From Octopus sinensis (taxonomy: Eukaryota): a stretch of 64,000 nt of DNA. Each line of letters opens with the position of its first letter. The stretch's first letter is position 1. The position numbers and the translations under genes were made by a program. Positions 52,390 through 64,000 of the stretch are shown here, piece after piece. The notes under the pieces are model-generated. The model saw nothing but the letters and a program-made list of their open reading frames with translations. It did no database searches and was not told the DNA's origin. The stretch lies in NCBI RefSeq assembly GCF_006345805.1, contig NC_043019.1, forward strand, positions 22,691,360 through 22,755,359, read 5' to 3'.

Positions 52390-53981
52390 ATGTGTGCATA
52401 TACATGCTATTGAAATAACAATACAACTGCTGCTGTCTCCAGCTGCAGTGGTTGGTCTCAGTCATCAATAAACGGAGTTGGAGGTGCATGGCAAAAGACT
52501 TTGATACTGTTAACGGTGAAATCAATAGCGCATGTGTTTATTAAATGGCCAGTATCGATTCCACTGAAATGCAATCACACACCTAGATGCATGAACATAC
52601 ACACACACATACAGAGCTATGTGCAAATACTTCTACAAGAAGGACTTACACACACACACACTCACTCATCGTATTCAATGAACATGTTTGTAAAGAATTA
52701 AGATCTTAGCTAGTAGTTACGGTTGATTAACTCCAAGTCAACCCTGACTGAACAGACCTATGATCAAAGAAATTCTCACTGAGACAACCATCTCATCTTT
52801 TATTCAGCCGATGTGTGTTTGTGTGTGTGTGTGTTTGTGTGTAGGAATGACTACATTTACTCTTGATGTGTCCTGTTTTCAAGAAGTTACCGAGCATTAT
52901 CTTAACGAGATTCTGCTACTATTTCTAGCACAGAGGCACCTTCGTTAGTGGACGTCCTTGCAGTTGATTAGTCTCAGGTCAATTCTGATTAAACAGACTT
53001 ATGATCAAAGATATTCCACCAAAGTGAAACCCTACCCATCTTTTACTCAGGCATAGTGTATATATTGGACTACATTATCTAATGTGTCATCTCATATTCA
53101 AGGTGAGTCAGATACTGCTGTTGTTTCTAACTAGTTGGTTTGGCAGCATAGGGGTTAACCAGAAGATGCGAGTTTGATTTTGTACCAGGCTCTGCTTGTT
53201 TTGCATTATCTTGATTAAAATATATTGTGAGTGGTTGAAGGAGTGTGAGAGTTATGTGGGTGAGTGGGTAAGGATGAGAAATGTAATTGAGTAAGTGAGT
53301 GAGTGTGTATGAAGGCACATGGCTCAGTGGTTAGAGCTTAGAATCATGAGGTTGTGAGTTCAATTCCTGGACTAGTTTGTGTGTTGTGCTCTTGAGCAAG
53401 ACACTTTATTTCATGTTGCTCCAGTTTAATCAGCTGTCAAAATGAGTTGCACTGTTCCTGGTGCCAAGCTGTATCGGCTCCTTTGCCTTTCCCTTGGATA
53501 ACATTGGTTGTGTGGAGAAGGAAGGGTGGTATGCATGGGCGACTGCTGGTCTTCCATAAACAACCTTGTCCAAACTTATGCCTTGGAAGGGAACCTTCTA
53601 GGAGCAATCCCATGGTCAAACGTTACTGCAGGGGGTCTTAGAGAAGTGTGTGCGTGTTTCAGAGAATGATGTTCATGTAGTGATTGTTGTTGTTTATGAG
53701 CAGTTTAACCCAGAATGAACTATGACCAATGAGCCCATCCCATATTAAGATGATAAAGTGTGAGTTGAAGGAGAATTGTTTGTTAAATCTAGCAGGTCAG
53801 GTAAAACCTCTCTGCATAGGCTTAATGTAATAATGTTTTCACTCTGTACCAGACATTGAAGGAATTGAAATGAAATGGCACCAAACAGGAACCGAAATCT
53901 GGTTGTATATGTCTGCATGTATGTATATACACATGTATTTTAGTCAAAGTATATCTATCAAAAGCAATACTTATTTTCTTA

Positions 53982-54122
53982 AAGGTGCAGGGGTGGCTGT
54001 GTGGTAAGTAGCTTGCTTGCCAACCACATGGTTCCAGGTTCATTCCCACTGCGTGGCACCTTGGGCAAGTGTCTTCTGCTCCTTGTGAGTGGATTTGGTA
54101 GACAGAAACTGAAAGAAGCCTG

Positions 54123-54163
<41 letters not shown>

Positions 54164-54369
54164 TGTGTGTATATATGTTTGTCCCCCCCAAGATCACTTG
54201 ACAACTGATGCTGGTGTGTTTATGTGCCCGTAACTTAGCAGTTTGGCAAAAAAGACAGATAGAATAAGTACTAGGCTTCCAAAGAATAAGTCCTGGGGTC
54301 AATTTGCTCGACTAAAGGTGGTGCTCCAGCATGGCCGCAGTTAAATGACTGAAACGAATAAAAGAATAA
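53982..54369 (+). mobile_element. SINE family B copy
   Basis: Same head and tail. Older copies at 2370-2800, 45040-45430, 9700-10065 (-) and 10785-11455 (-). Confidence 0.8.
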
Positions 54370-56066
54370 ATCCCTAAAACAGATTTCATATTTGAAAAAA
54401 CAAATTAATTTTGCTTTTGTGTGTGTTTAGTTGTATATTGTTTGTGGTTGGTTTATTTCAATAAGAAAAATTCAATATATTAAAGGAAAAGAAAATGTTT
54501 AATTTAAAAAAAAAAAAAATGAACCAAGCTTCAACAACAGTGTTTCTCACCAATGTATGTGTGAGATTTTCTCCTTAATTAAATCTGTGAAATTCGTGAC
54601 TTAATTAATATATAATTTCAACTTCACAACTTCTGTTGAGAAATCAAGGAGGAGGAGGAGGAAGAAGAAGAAGAAGATGGTAAAAAAGAAAGAAAAAAAA
54701 ATCAGTAGCAGGAAGAAACAAAATGTGGTAGGAGGAGGAGGAGATTGAAGAAAAAGAAGAACTGAAGATGAAGAATAAAGCAAAGAAGAATGTGAAGAAG
54801 AGAAGAAAGTTGAGGTGAAGAAAAAACAAAAGAAGAGAAGAAGGTGAATGAGCAACATATAAAGTAAAAATTATAAAAAGTAAATCCATGAAAAGAAAAT
54901 TTCAATTATTTCCTTCCACAAAAAAAAAACCTCCAATAATAATAATAATTTATCCCTCCCCACTATTATTCAATGAAGAAACATCATTTAGTTGTTGTTG
55001 GTGGAGTTTGTGGTGGTGCTGTGTGGCTGTCATTAACTAATATTGTTGGTGATATTTGGTGATAAGACTAGCAAATATTTAATCAATGAATGGCTGTCAA
55101 CTAATCGATCACAACTATTGATACCTCTCATTTACAACGTCACAGACCATCCACAAACAATTCTTTCACAAACAGCATTCAAAAGATAAACAAATATAGG
55201 CACAGGCATGGCCGTGTGGTAAGAAGCTTGCTTCCCAATCACAAGATTCCGGGTTCGGTCTCACTGCATGGTACCTCAAACAAGTGTCTTCTGCTATAGC
55301 CTCAAGTAGGTCGAAGCCTTGTGAGTGGATTTGGTAGACAGAAACTGAAAGATGAGCTAGCAGAATCGTTAGCATGCAGGGCGAAATGCTTAGTCGTATT
55401 TCGCCTGCCACTACGTTCTGAGTTCAAATTCCACCAAGGTTGACTTTGCCTTTCATCCTTTCTTGAAATATCTTGCCTACGGATAAAGAAACAAGCACAA
55501 CTGAAAACAATACCTCCGCCTTCGCTAAGGTGGAGGTAATAATAATAATGCCCTGATGCAATACCAGGCAGTGGCTCTCATGGCTTCTGATCTTAACTGA
55601 TTGGAAGTGTTATCATGTACATTGTTTTGTCTTGGTATAAATGATGGGCTACAACAAATGTTCTGCTCAATACCACAGATTTGCTTGTCAGTTGTTTGAC
55701 CTTAACCATTTGAGCATGTCCCTTAGTGGCTGATGACATGTGCATACCTGATCACAAGCAGTAGTGCGGGGAGCATCATAGCCATGTGCTGAGAGGAATT
55801 CTTTGGGGGTTTGGATAATTCACCTTTGGAGACATGGGTGTTTCGTTCAACATCTTTAAAGAACCCTTATTCAGAGACCTTTTGAATGGGATGGGCTAAT
55901 TGACCTGAAGAAAATTCTAACTGGGCCCTACCTGCAAGGTCATGCCCTGTTTATCTCAATATGAGATCACTATGTCATGCACAACACGTTGTGATGCATG
56001 TGCCAGGTGTACCCTAAGCAAACAGGTAGTCATGATGGGTATACTGGGTATTGTGTATTTTACCCT

Positions 56067-56360
56067 GCGGAGGCACATGGCCTAGTGGTTAGAGCAGCGG
56101 ACTCCTGGTCGAGGGATCACGAGTTTGAATCTCAGACCGGGCGATGTGTGTGTTTATGAGTGAAACACCTAAGCTCCACACAGCTCCGGCAGAAGGTAAT
56201 GGCGAACTTCTGCTGACTCTTTCACCACAACTTTCTCTCACTCTTTCCTCCTGCATCTTGCAGCTCACCTGCGACGGACTGGCGTCCTGTCCAGGAGGGG
56301 AACCTATATGCCAACGAAACTGACCCTTATGAGCCAGGCATGGCTCGAGAAAGAACAAAC
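56067..56360 (+). mobile_element. SINE family C copy nested in another repeat (55548-56405)
   Basis: Highly similar to the 24428 copy; TSD tattttaccct / tattttatcct. Host repeat is related to 4080-4225 (-). Confidence 0.85.
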
Positions 56361-56899
56361 ATATTTTATCCTAGTGTCACTTTGATGGCATGCACTGCTC
56401 TCTCAATAATAATAATAATAATACTAATAATAATGGTTTCAAATTTTGGTGCAAGGCCAGCAATTTTAGAGAAGGAGCAAATCAATAAAATTGATTTCAG
56501 TGTTCAACTTGTTCTTATTTAATTGATCCTGAAAGTATGAAAAGCTAAGTCAACCGTGGCAGAATTTGAACTTAGAATGCATAGACAGATGAAATACTAC
56601 TAAGCATTTTGCATGGCACACTAATGATTCTACCAGCTCACTACCTTCATAATAAATGATAATGGTTTCAACAATTTCGAGGGGTGGTGGGGTATGTCAA
56701 TTACATTGATACTCAACTGTTACTTATGTTATCGATCCCAGAAGGATGAAAAGCAAAGCCAAGCTCAGTGGAATTAGAACTCTAAGCATTTCATCCAGCA
56801 TGCTAATGTTTCTGCCAGCTTGCCACCTTAATAATAATAATAATATAATAATAATAATAATAAATATAATAATAATGTCGATGATGATGATGATAATTA

Positions 56900-57480
56900 C
56901 CTATCCTGTTTGTACATCAGAAATTATGCTAGCACAATAAAAACCAACATAAACTATGTTGCCTGAACAAAAGTACCACAAAGCATGACAAACCGACCAT
57001 AGGCCAGAATACAGCAACCTATAGAGAGACAAAGTCAAGGCTAATCAGCTCGATACTGTTATCATGGATCACCAGAAAAGGAAGTACTGACTTGTACCGA
57101 CTCTTCTTTTCAAATGATCACTCCAAATAGATGATAATGAATCTTTATAAAAAACAATTAAAAATATAAAAACGGAGTAATTATTATCTAAATGTAAAGA
57201 TCCAGAAATAGAACCAACTGGAATGTTGGGTCTGAAAACAGAAAACAATCCTTGTAATAATAGGTGTTTTGGGAGGTGATAGCCCAAACCTCCAGGGCTT
57301 ACAAATATACACAACAGAGAGAAAACAACACTGTTAGTTCTGCATACATATTACATGGAGTGCTTTTAACACAAGAAAAACACACAGAATCGAAACAAAA
57401 TACTACACACGCACAAAAGCTGTGTGTGTCAGTTGTTCAGTGAAAGCATGCAATGAAAATAAGACTACTAGGTGGAGGAT
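56900..57480 (+). mobile_element. Decayed 3' fragment of R4/Dong-like element
   Basis: Remnants resembling the RLE region (LSKCKDPEIEPTGMLGLKTE); preceded by (AAT)n. Confidence 0.55.
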
Positions 57481-57810
57481 AAAAAAAAAAAATTAAAAAA
57501 AAAACATAAAACCCAATAACAAAATTGATAACTGAAAAATAAGCTATAGCTGTTGTAATTTATTGTTATTTTAGATCTGAAATATTTCATAAAAAAAAAA
57601 AAAGAAAAAAAAAATCAATCGTAATTCAATTTTATGACCTAGTCAGTTCCTACATAGAATTTTAACATCTTTCCTCTTTCTCCCTCTCACACACATATAC
57701 ACACACATGCATTTAATACAAATCGACTTTTAAAAGTCAATTTATTGTATTCATTTATACATTTTGTGTTCGTTTTCTTTCAGATTCATCAACTCTAAAT
57801 ATAACAACAG

Positions 57811-57843
<33 letters not shown>

Positions 57844-58259
57844 TTTGTTTTATTTTTTTAGTAATTCCGTTATAGGAAAATCTTTATTGACTTAAATATT
57901 AATATTTATTCATGCTAGCATGTTACGTATGTATGTATGTATGTATGTATATACATATATGTTTATACGTTACGTATGTATATATGCATGCATTCATATG
58001 TTTCCGTATATGTTTTTTTTTTTCTAAGCAGTCAAGTCGGTCACTGACAAAGTGACAAGGCTTTTGCCTTTGAACAAAAAGATGGTTCCAGGGATTTGAG
58101 AACGCCTAAGTAGATTAAAGCATGCATATACATGCGTGTGTATGCACTTATTTCTGTGTGTGTGCTTGATTATTTGTGTGTGTGTACGTGTATATGTGCA
58201 TGAGGCTTGAAAGACAGGCACTGTTCAGGGCCAACATGATATATCGAACGAATAACTCG

Positions 58260-58557
58260 CTAGTAATAATAATAATAATGATGATGATGATGATGATGAT
58301 AATAATAATAATAATAATAACTATGTCGATGATGAAAATATCAATAATAATAAGAACAACAATGATGATGATGATGAAGATAATATTAATAACCTGTGAT
58401 AGTAATAATAACAACAACAACCATGATGCTGATGAAGATAACAATAATAATAATAATAATAATAATAATGATAATAATGATAATAATAATAATAATAATG
58501 ACAATAATGATAATAATGATAATAATAATACTAATGATAATAATAATACTACTAATG

Positions 58558-58593
<36 letters not shown>

Positions 58594-58648
58594 TAACAAT
58601 GATAATAATAATAATAATGATAATAATAATAACAATAATGATAATAAA

Positions 58649-58683
<35 letters not shown>

Positions 58684-58770
58684 TAATAATGATAATAATA
58701 ATAATAATGACAATAATGATAAAATGATAATAATAATAATATAATAATGATAATAATAATACAACTAATG

Positions 58771-58813
<43 letters not shown>

Positions 58814-58875
58814 TGATAATAATAATAATAATAATAATAATACTAGTAATGATAATAATAATAATAATAATGATG

Positions 58876-58918
<43 letters not shown>

Positions 58919-59000
58919 TAATAATAATAACAATGATAATAATAATAATAATAATGATAATAATAATGATAATGATAATAATAATACTAGTAATGAAATG
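58260..59000. repeat. Long (AAT/GAT/AAC)n microsatellite
   Basis: Direct inspection; source of the poly-I/L/N ORFs. Confidence 0.95.
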
Positions 59001-59591
59001 AATAAACCAATCAACAAACAAAACAAACCAAAACAAAAAAGCTGTAATTGCATATAGTTATAAAGTTATAGCAGTCACATATGGAAATGATGGACAGGTT
59101 GTTATTTCTCCCCCCCAACCCTTTTTCTTTTCTTTTCTTTTTTTTTGGTGGGGGGTTACATTTTAAACCCTATTTGGAAAGATGAAGAGAATGTTGTTGT
59201 TGTTGTTTTATGATGGAGTAAGGGGGTAAGGGGAAGAGGGGATAGAGAGAAGGACAGGAAGTGAAAGTGAATGTAGAGAGTGTCTCAGGCAAAAGAGCAG
59301 GAAAGAAATTATGAGTTGGAAAGGGAGGTGATAGTATGAATGTATATAAGTATGTGTAATGTTTATGTGTGTGCATATGTGCATGTATGTGTAGGCATGT
59401 GATTGTGGATTTGCACATGGGTACCTGTATACAGGTATGCAGTGTGTGTATGCATAGTATATGTAGGTGTGTATGCATACATGCACATGTGCATGCATCC
59501 ATGTGTGCGTGTGACTGTATTTGCACATGGGTGACTGTATGCAGGTGTGCAGTATGTGTATACATATAGTGTTTGTGTGTAGTGTGCATGC

Positions 59592-59629
<38 letters not shown>

Positions 59630-59649
59630 ACATGCCTGTGCATGTAAAT

Positions 59650-60058
59650 ACTCTTTTACTCTTTTACTTGTTTCAGTCATTTGACTGCGGCCATGCTGGA
59701 GCACCGCCTTTAATCGAGTAACTCGACCCCGGGACTTATTCTTTTGTAAGCCCAGTACTTATTTTATCGGTCTCTTTTGCCGAACCGCTAGGTAACGGGG
59801 ACATACAGCATCGGTTGTCAAGCAATGCTAGGGGGACAAATACAGACACACAAACACACACACACGCATATATATATATATATATACATATATACGACGG
59901 GCTTCTTTCAGTTTCCGTCTACCTAATCCACTCGCAAGGCTTTGGTCAGCCCGAGGCTATAGTAGAAGACACTTGCCCAAGGTGCCACGCAGTGGGACTG
60001 AACCCGGAACCATGTGGTTGGTAAACAAGCTACTTACCACACAGCCACTCCTGCGCCT
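59650..60058 (-). mobile_element. SINE family B copy, inverted
   Basis: Reverse complement of family B, full-length. Confidence 0.85.
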
Positions 60059-61170
60059 ACATGTTATTTTCCCATTGCAGAATTCCAGCTGTTCCCACAC
60101 AAACTGGCAAAGCTCTTTCCTATAAGCTAAAAGTCAGCTCTTGCAAAAGTTTGTGGTTATGTGAAATGGCTGCTGTGTGTATATATGTGTATGGATGTGT
60201 GTGTGGGCGTGTAATTATACTTGCACTCGTGTTGTGGGTGTATGAGTCATATTAGTACACAGGTGTGTGTGTGCATTTCATTACTGTTTATGTGTGTGTG
60301 TTTATGTGCATGTATTCCATATGTACATATAATTGTGGGCACATTTCAGCGCATGAACCTCAAATGGAGAATCCCTGGAATGCATACATGTAGATATGAA
60401 CATATTGTTACTATTATGTTAAACTGTCATATGTCCAAATTTGGCCAAATGAATATTTTTTCAATACTTTTCTTGCAATAGCTGGTTCTTTTGGTTAAAC
60501 TATCGTATCTCCAGCTGCTTCAGGTGCCAAGATATCAAAAATTGTCAAAGTATAGTACATCGGTTTTGCTATGGAATGGTGAAACTATTTTTTTCATTTT
60601 CTGAAAAACCAATGTTTTGGACTTACGACACTTTTGCATTATAGTAACAATATATATATATAAATGCATGTATATAAGTATCATGTTAGCAGAGTTGACA
60701 GAGCATCAGATAAAGTGCTTGGTGGTATTTAATCTGGCTCTGAGCTCTAAGTTCCAAAGAGATTGATAGAATAAGTTATTAAACTTTTAAAAAAATAATA
60801 AAGTATTGAGGTTGAATTGTTTAACTAAACCCTTCAAAGCAGAGCCCCAGTATGACTAACGACCAATGTCTGAAACAAGCAAAAGAATATACATGATAGT
60901 CTTTGTACAGTTTTTGCTGCCTAAATTCACTCAGAAGGCATCGGTCAGCCTGAAACTGTTGTACAAGACACATACCTAAAGACGACACTGGATTAACCAT
61001 TAAGTAAAATAAACACAAGCTTAGAACATCAAGGGAGCAGGGCACTACAGAAATAGTAAATGGTTTATGGCACAAAAGAAATCATTTTAAATTTGCTAAA
61101 ATAATATTAAGGATGTCCTATCTCTGCTAAATACAGAAGTGGATGTGTTATGTAAGATTAAATTTGAGGG

Positions 61171-61420
61171 TTTGATCAAAGACATTGCAATTAAAAAAAA
61201 AGTAGGAGAAAACTTTTCAAATATAAATAAAGTGGAAATATACAAAAATAAACATTATTTTCCTTTAAATTTGCTCACATATTCAAAGTGGTTTATATGA
61301 TCGGAAATGTAATTTCAAAGTGTTCATGGTGTCATAGTGAGGATCTGATCAAAGACTTGGCAATTAAAAAAGGTAAGAGAAAACTTTTCAAATAAAAATA
61401 AAGTGGAAGTATACAAAAAA
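61171..61420. repeat. Direct duplication of about 80 bp (61171-61250 and 61345-61420)
   Basis: tgatcaaagac..gcaattaaaaaa..gagaaaacttttcaaata.aaataaagtggaa.tatacaaaaa twice. Confidence 0.75.
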
Positions 61421-62477
61421 AAAAAGAAAAACATTTTTCATTTTACTGTTGGTTTTGTTTCATTTTAGAAAATAAAAATTTATTTTATGGTTTATATTTT
61501 GAATTACATGTATTTGGGCACACCAAATTCTTTTAGCACTTAGGGCCTCTATGGGTCATAACCCTTTACGGTCAGGTGTGGCTTATTGATACAACATGCT
61601 TTCTTCTGCAAAGGACAGGTGTAGCTTATTAACCTGCAGAGGACAGGTGTAGCTAAATTGTAAAAAAGACGGGTGTGGTATATAAGCCACATTTGTGTTA
61701 TAAGCTATTTGACTGAATATCATCTTGTATTTTTCCCCCTTTTTTGAGTGCCACACAAAAAGACTTGCTATCTATGCTCAGCCTTAAAGGGTTAATTTGG
61801 CCATGCCTAAGGAGCCATGCAGTGTAACCAAACTGAGAACCATCTGGTTACAATGCAAACTTTATGAACCACTCAGCCAAACCTTCACCAACAAACTATG
61901 TTAATATTGTAGGGAAGGATATTAAATCCTAGTTCAAAGTATTTAATATATATTTAAACCATTTTATATATTTACTTATAAAAGACATATGCAGGGACAA
62001 AGAGTAGGTAAAGATATGAAAAAGCTGAATCAAATTAATTAATAAGATAATTAATAACATATAGTGATTAATAAATTATTGGTAGGTTTGGTGTAGTTTG
62101 GGTTAGGGTAGTAATAATAAAGTAAAGATTTAGATTAAGTTAAAAACCACATGAAAGTATAAAGGTTTATTAAGAAATCTTATTTTTTAAGAAAACAAAG
62201 AGATTCTGAAGATATTAGTAAAAGGAAGCTATTTAAAAATAATTAAATTAATTGAACAAAATACTTAAGAGAGAGTTAATTAGTCGGGGATAAATATGGT
62301 TGGTTAAAAAGTATCAAAGGAATTTAGACATGAAATGGCTGTGTAGACAGTTACCGAAGAGAATGAAAGGTAGAGAGAAAGCGGTAAAACAGATTTACAA
62401 AAATTGGGGGGGGAAAAAAAAAAATTAAATTTTAAATTAACAGGTATTTCGATGCTTTGATCTTTGAGAAGGTTAAG

Positions 62478-62508
<31 letters not shown>

Positions 62509-62595
62509 TAATATAGAAAAGGTATAAGCTTAACGATGATCATAACTATAGGAGGAAAGATATTAAATTGATAAAATGAAGTGTGTGTGTATATA

Positions 62596-62628
<33 letters not shown>

Positions 62629-62668
62629 CACACACACGCACACATATATACACATACATATACGCATA

Positions 62669-62710
<42 letters not shown>

Positions 62711-62841
62711 CATATATATATATACACACATATATACACACACGTATATAACATGGAATGTATGTGTTTCCACTTGTGCATGTATTTGTATATGTGTATA
62801 CACTTGTGTGTGTGTTTATAAGTATGTGCATTATATGCATT

Positions 62842-62872
<31 letters not shown>

Positions 62873-63580
62873 CAGGGTGAATTGATAGACAGATACATTT
62901 ATGCATATATATATACAAAAGTGTATGTATGTGTTTGCGTATACATGCTTGTGGCTGTGTTTATTAGCGCGTGTCTATATTCAGATATGCTTCTATGAAA
63001 GAAGGCACGGTGTGTGTGTGAGTGTATATATGTATGTGTATGTGAGAAGAGAAAATGTATGTATATGCATGTGTGTGTGTGTGTGTGTGGTGATAAAATG
63101 CCACTAAAGGAGGCTGTTACTCAACAGCAACCCATCTTTCTCTCTCACCAAGTTGCCGCTTCTCTCTTCTGATTGACATTAAAAGAAAATCAATGAACAG
63201 GAAGAACTAAAGAGAGAAAAGCATGAAGATGGAAAGGCAGTGGAGATGATGATGATGATGATGGCGATGATGATAATGGTGGTGGTGGTAGTGGTGGTGG
63301 TGATGATGATGCGATGGTGATGAAACTGTTAGTGACTGTATGTAATAAAGAATGTCTGTGCAAGTATTATAAGTATGTATAATGTGTATGCATATGTGTG
63401 TATGTGTGAGCACGTGCACTTGTATATGTGCATTTGGGTCTTTGGTTGTATGTGTAGAAGTATCTGTATAGAGGCATGTGATTGTGTTTATATATCTATA
63501 CGTGCATGGGTGCTGGTACATGTGTATAGATATCTGCATAAATATATAGCCCAACATATGCGAGTATGTGTATCTGCATA

Positions 63581-63615
<35 letters not shown>

Positions 63616-63711
63616 GGGTATGCATGTTTATAAGATTGTGCATTCATAAGCTTTTATCTATGTGTATCTATGTATCTCCCTCTCTCTCATATATATATAT
63701 ACATATAGATA

Positions 63712-63748
<37 letters not shown>

Positions 63749-63793
63749 TTAGATACCTATATATATATACATATATATATACACATTTAGATA

Positions 63794-63832
<39 letters not shown>

Positions 63833-63843
63833 CATATATATAT

Positions 63844-63935
<92 letters not shown>

Positions 63936-64000
63936 TACACATATATATACTTACACATTTGTACAGAGCTCCATTGCAGCTATCATTTAGAAATCAATCT

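Noticed and set aside
52400-52570. Possible missing first FERM exon (MHLQLRLLM...)
   Set aside because: Lacks the expected LDD/LDN motif and a convincing phase-0 donor.
58148-59053. 301-aa poly-Leu/Ile ORF and poly-Asn ORFs (also 27584-28140)
   Set aside because: AAT trinucleotide repeat that lacks stops in two frames.

Overview
AT-rich, microsatellite- and SINE-dense eukaryotic genomic DNA, most likely octopus/coleoid cephalopod (inferred from the tRNA-derived SINE families and repeat style, not proven). It carries the N-terminal part of one minus-strand, multi-exon gene, a FARP1/FARP2/Cdep-type FERM-RhoGEF-PH protein. Eight GT-AG exons (43606 to 14553) splice in frame into the FERM domain plus the FERM-adjacent region. 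I did not find the first coding exon or any DH/PH exons, so they probably lie outside the window. The rest appears intronic: decayed mariner transposons, R4/Dong-like and RTE LINE fragments, about 6 SINE-like families, piggyBac-, hAT- and Merlin-like MITEs, and simple repeats. Nearly all listed ORFs are microsatellite artefacts. Most notable observations: (1) several Penelope-type minimal hammerhead ribozyme motifs; (2) head-to-tail SINE multimers that share one precise junction in the tRNA-like loop, suggesting a circular-RNA or template-jump route; (3) an interleaved double inverted duplication with pseudoknot topology; (4) a dense TGTNACA/ACATGT motif field in one intron.
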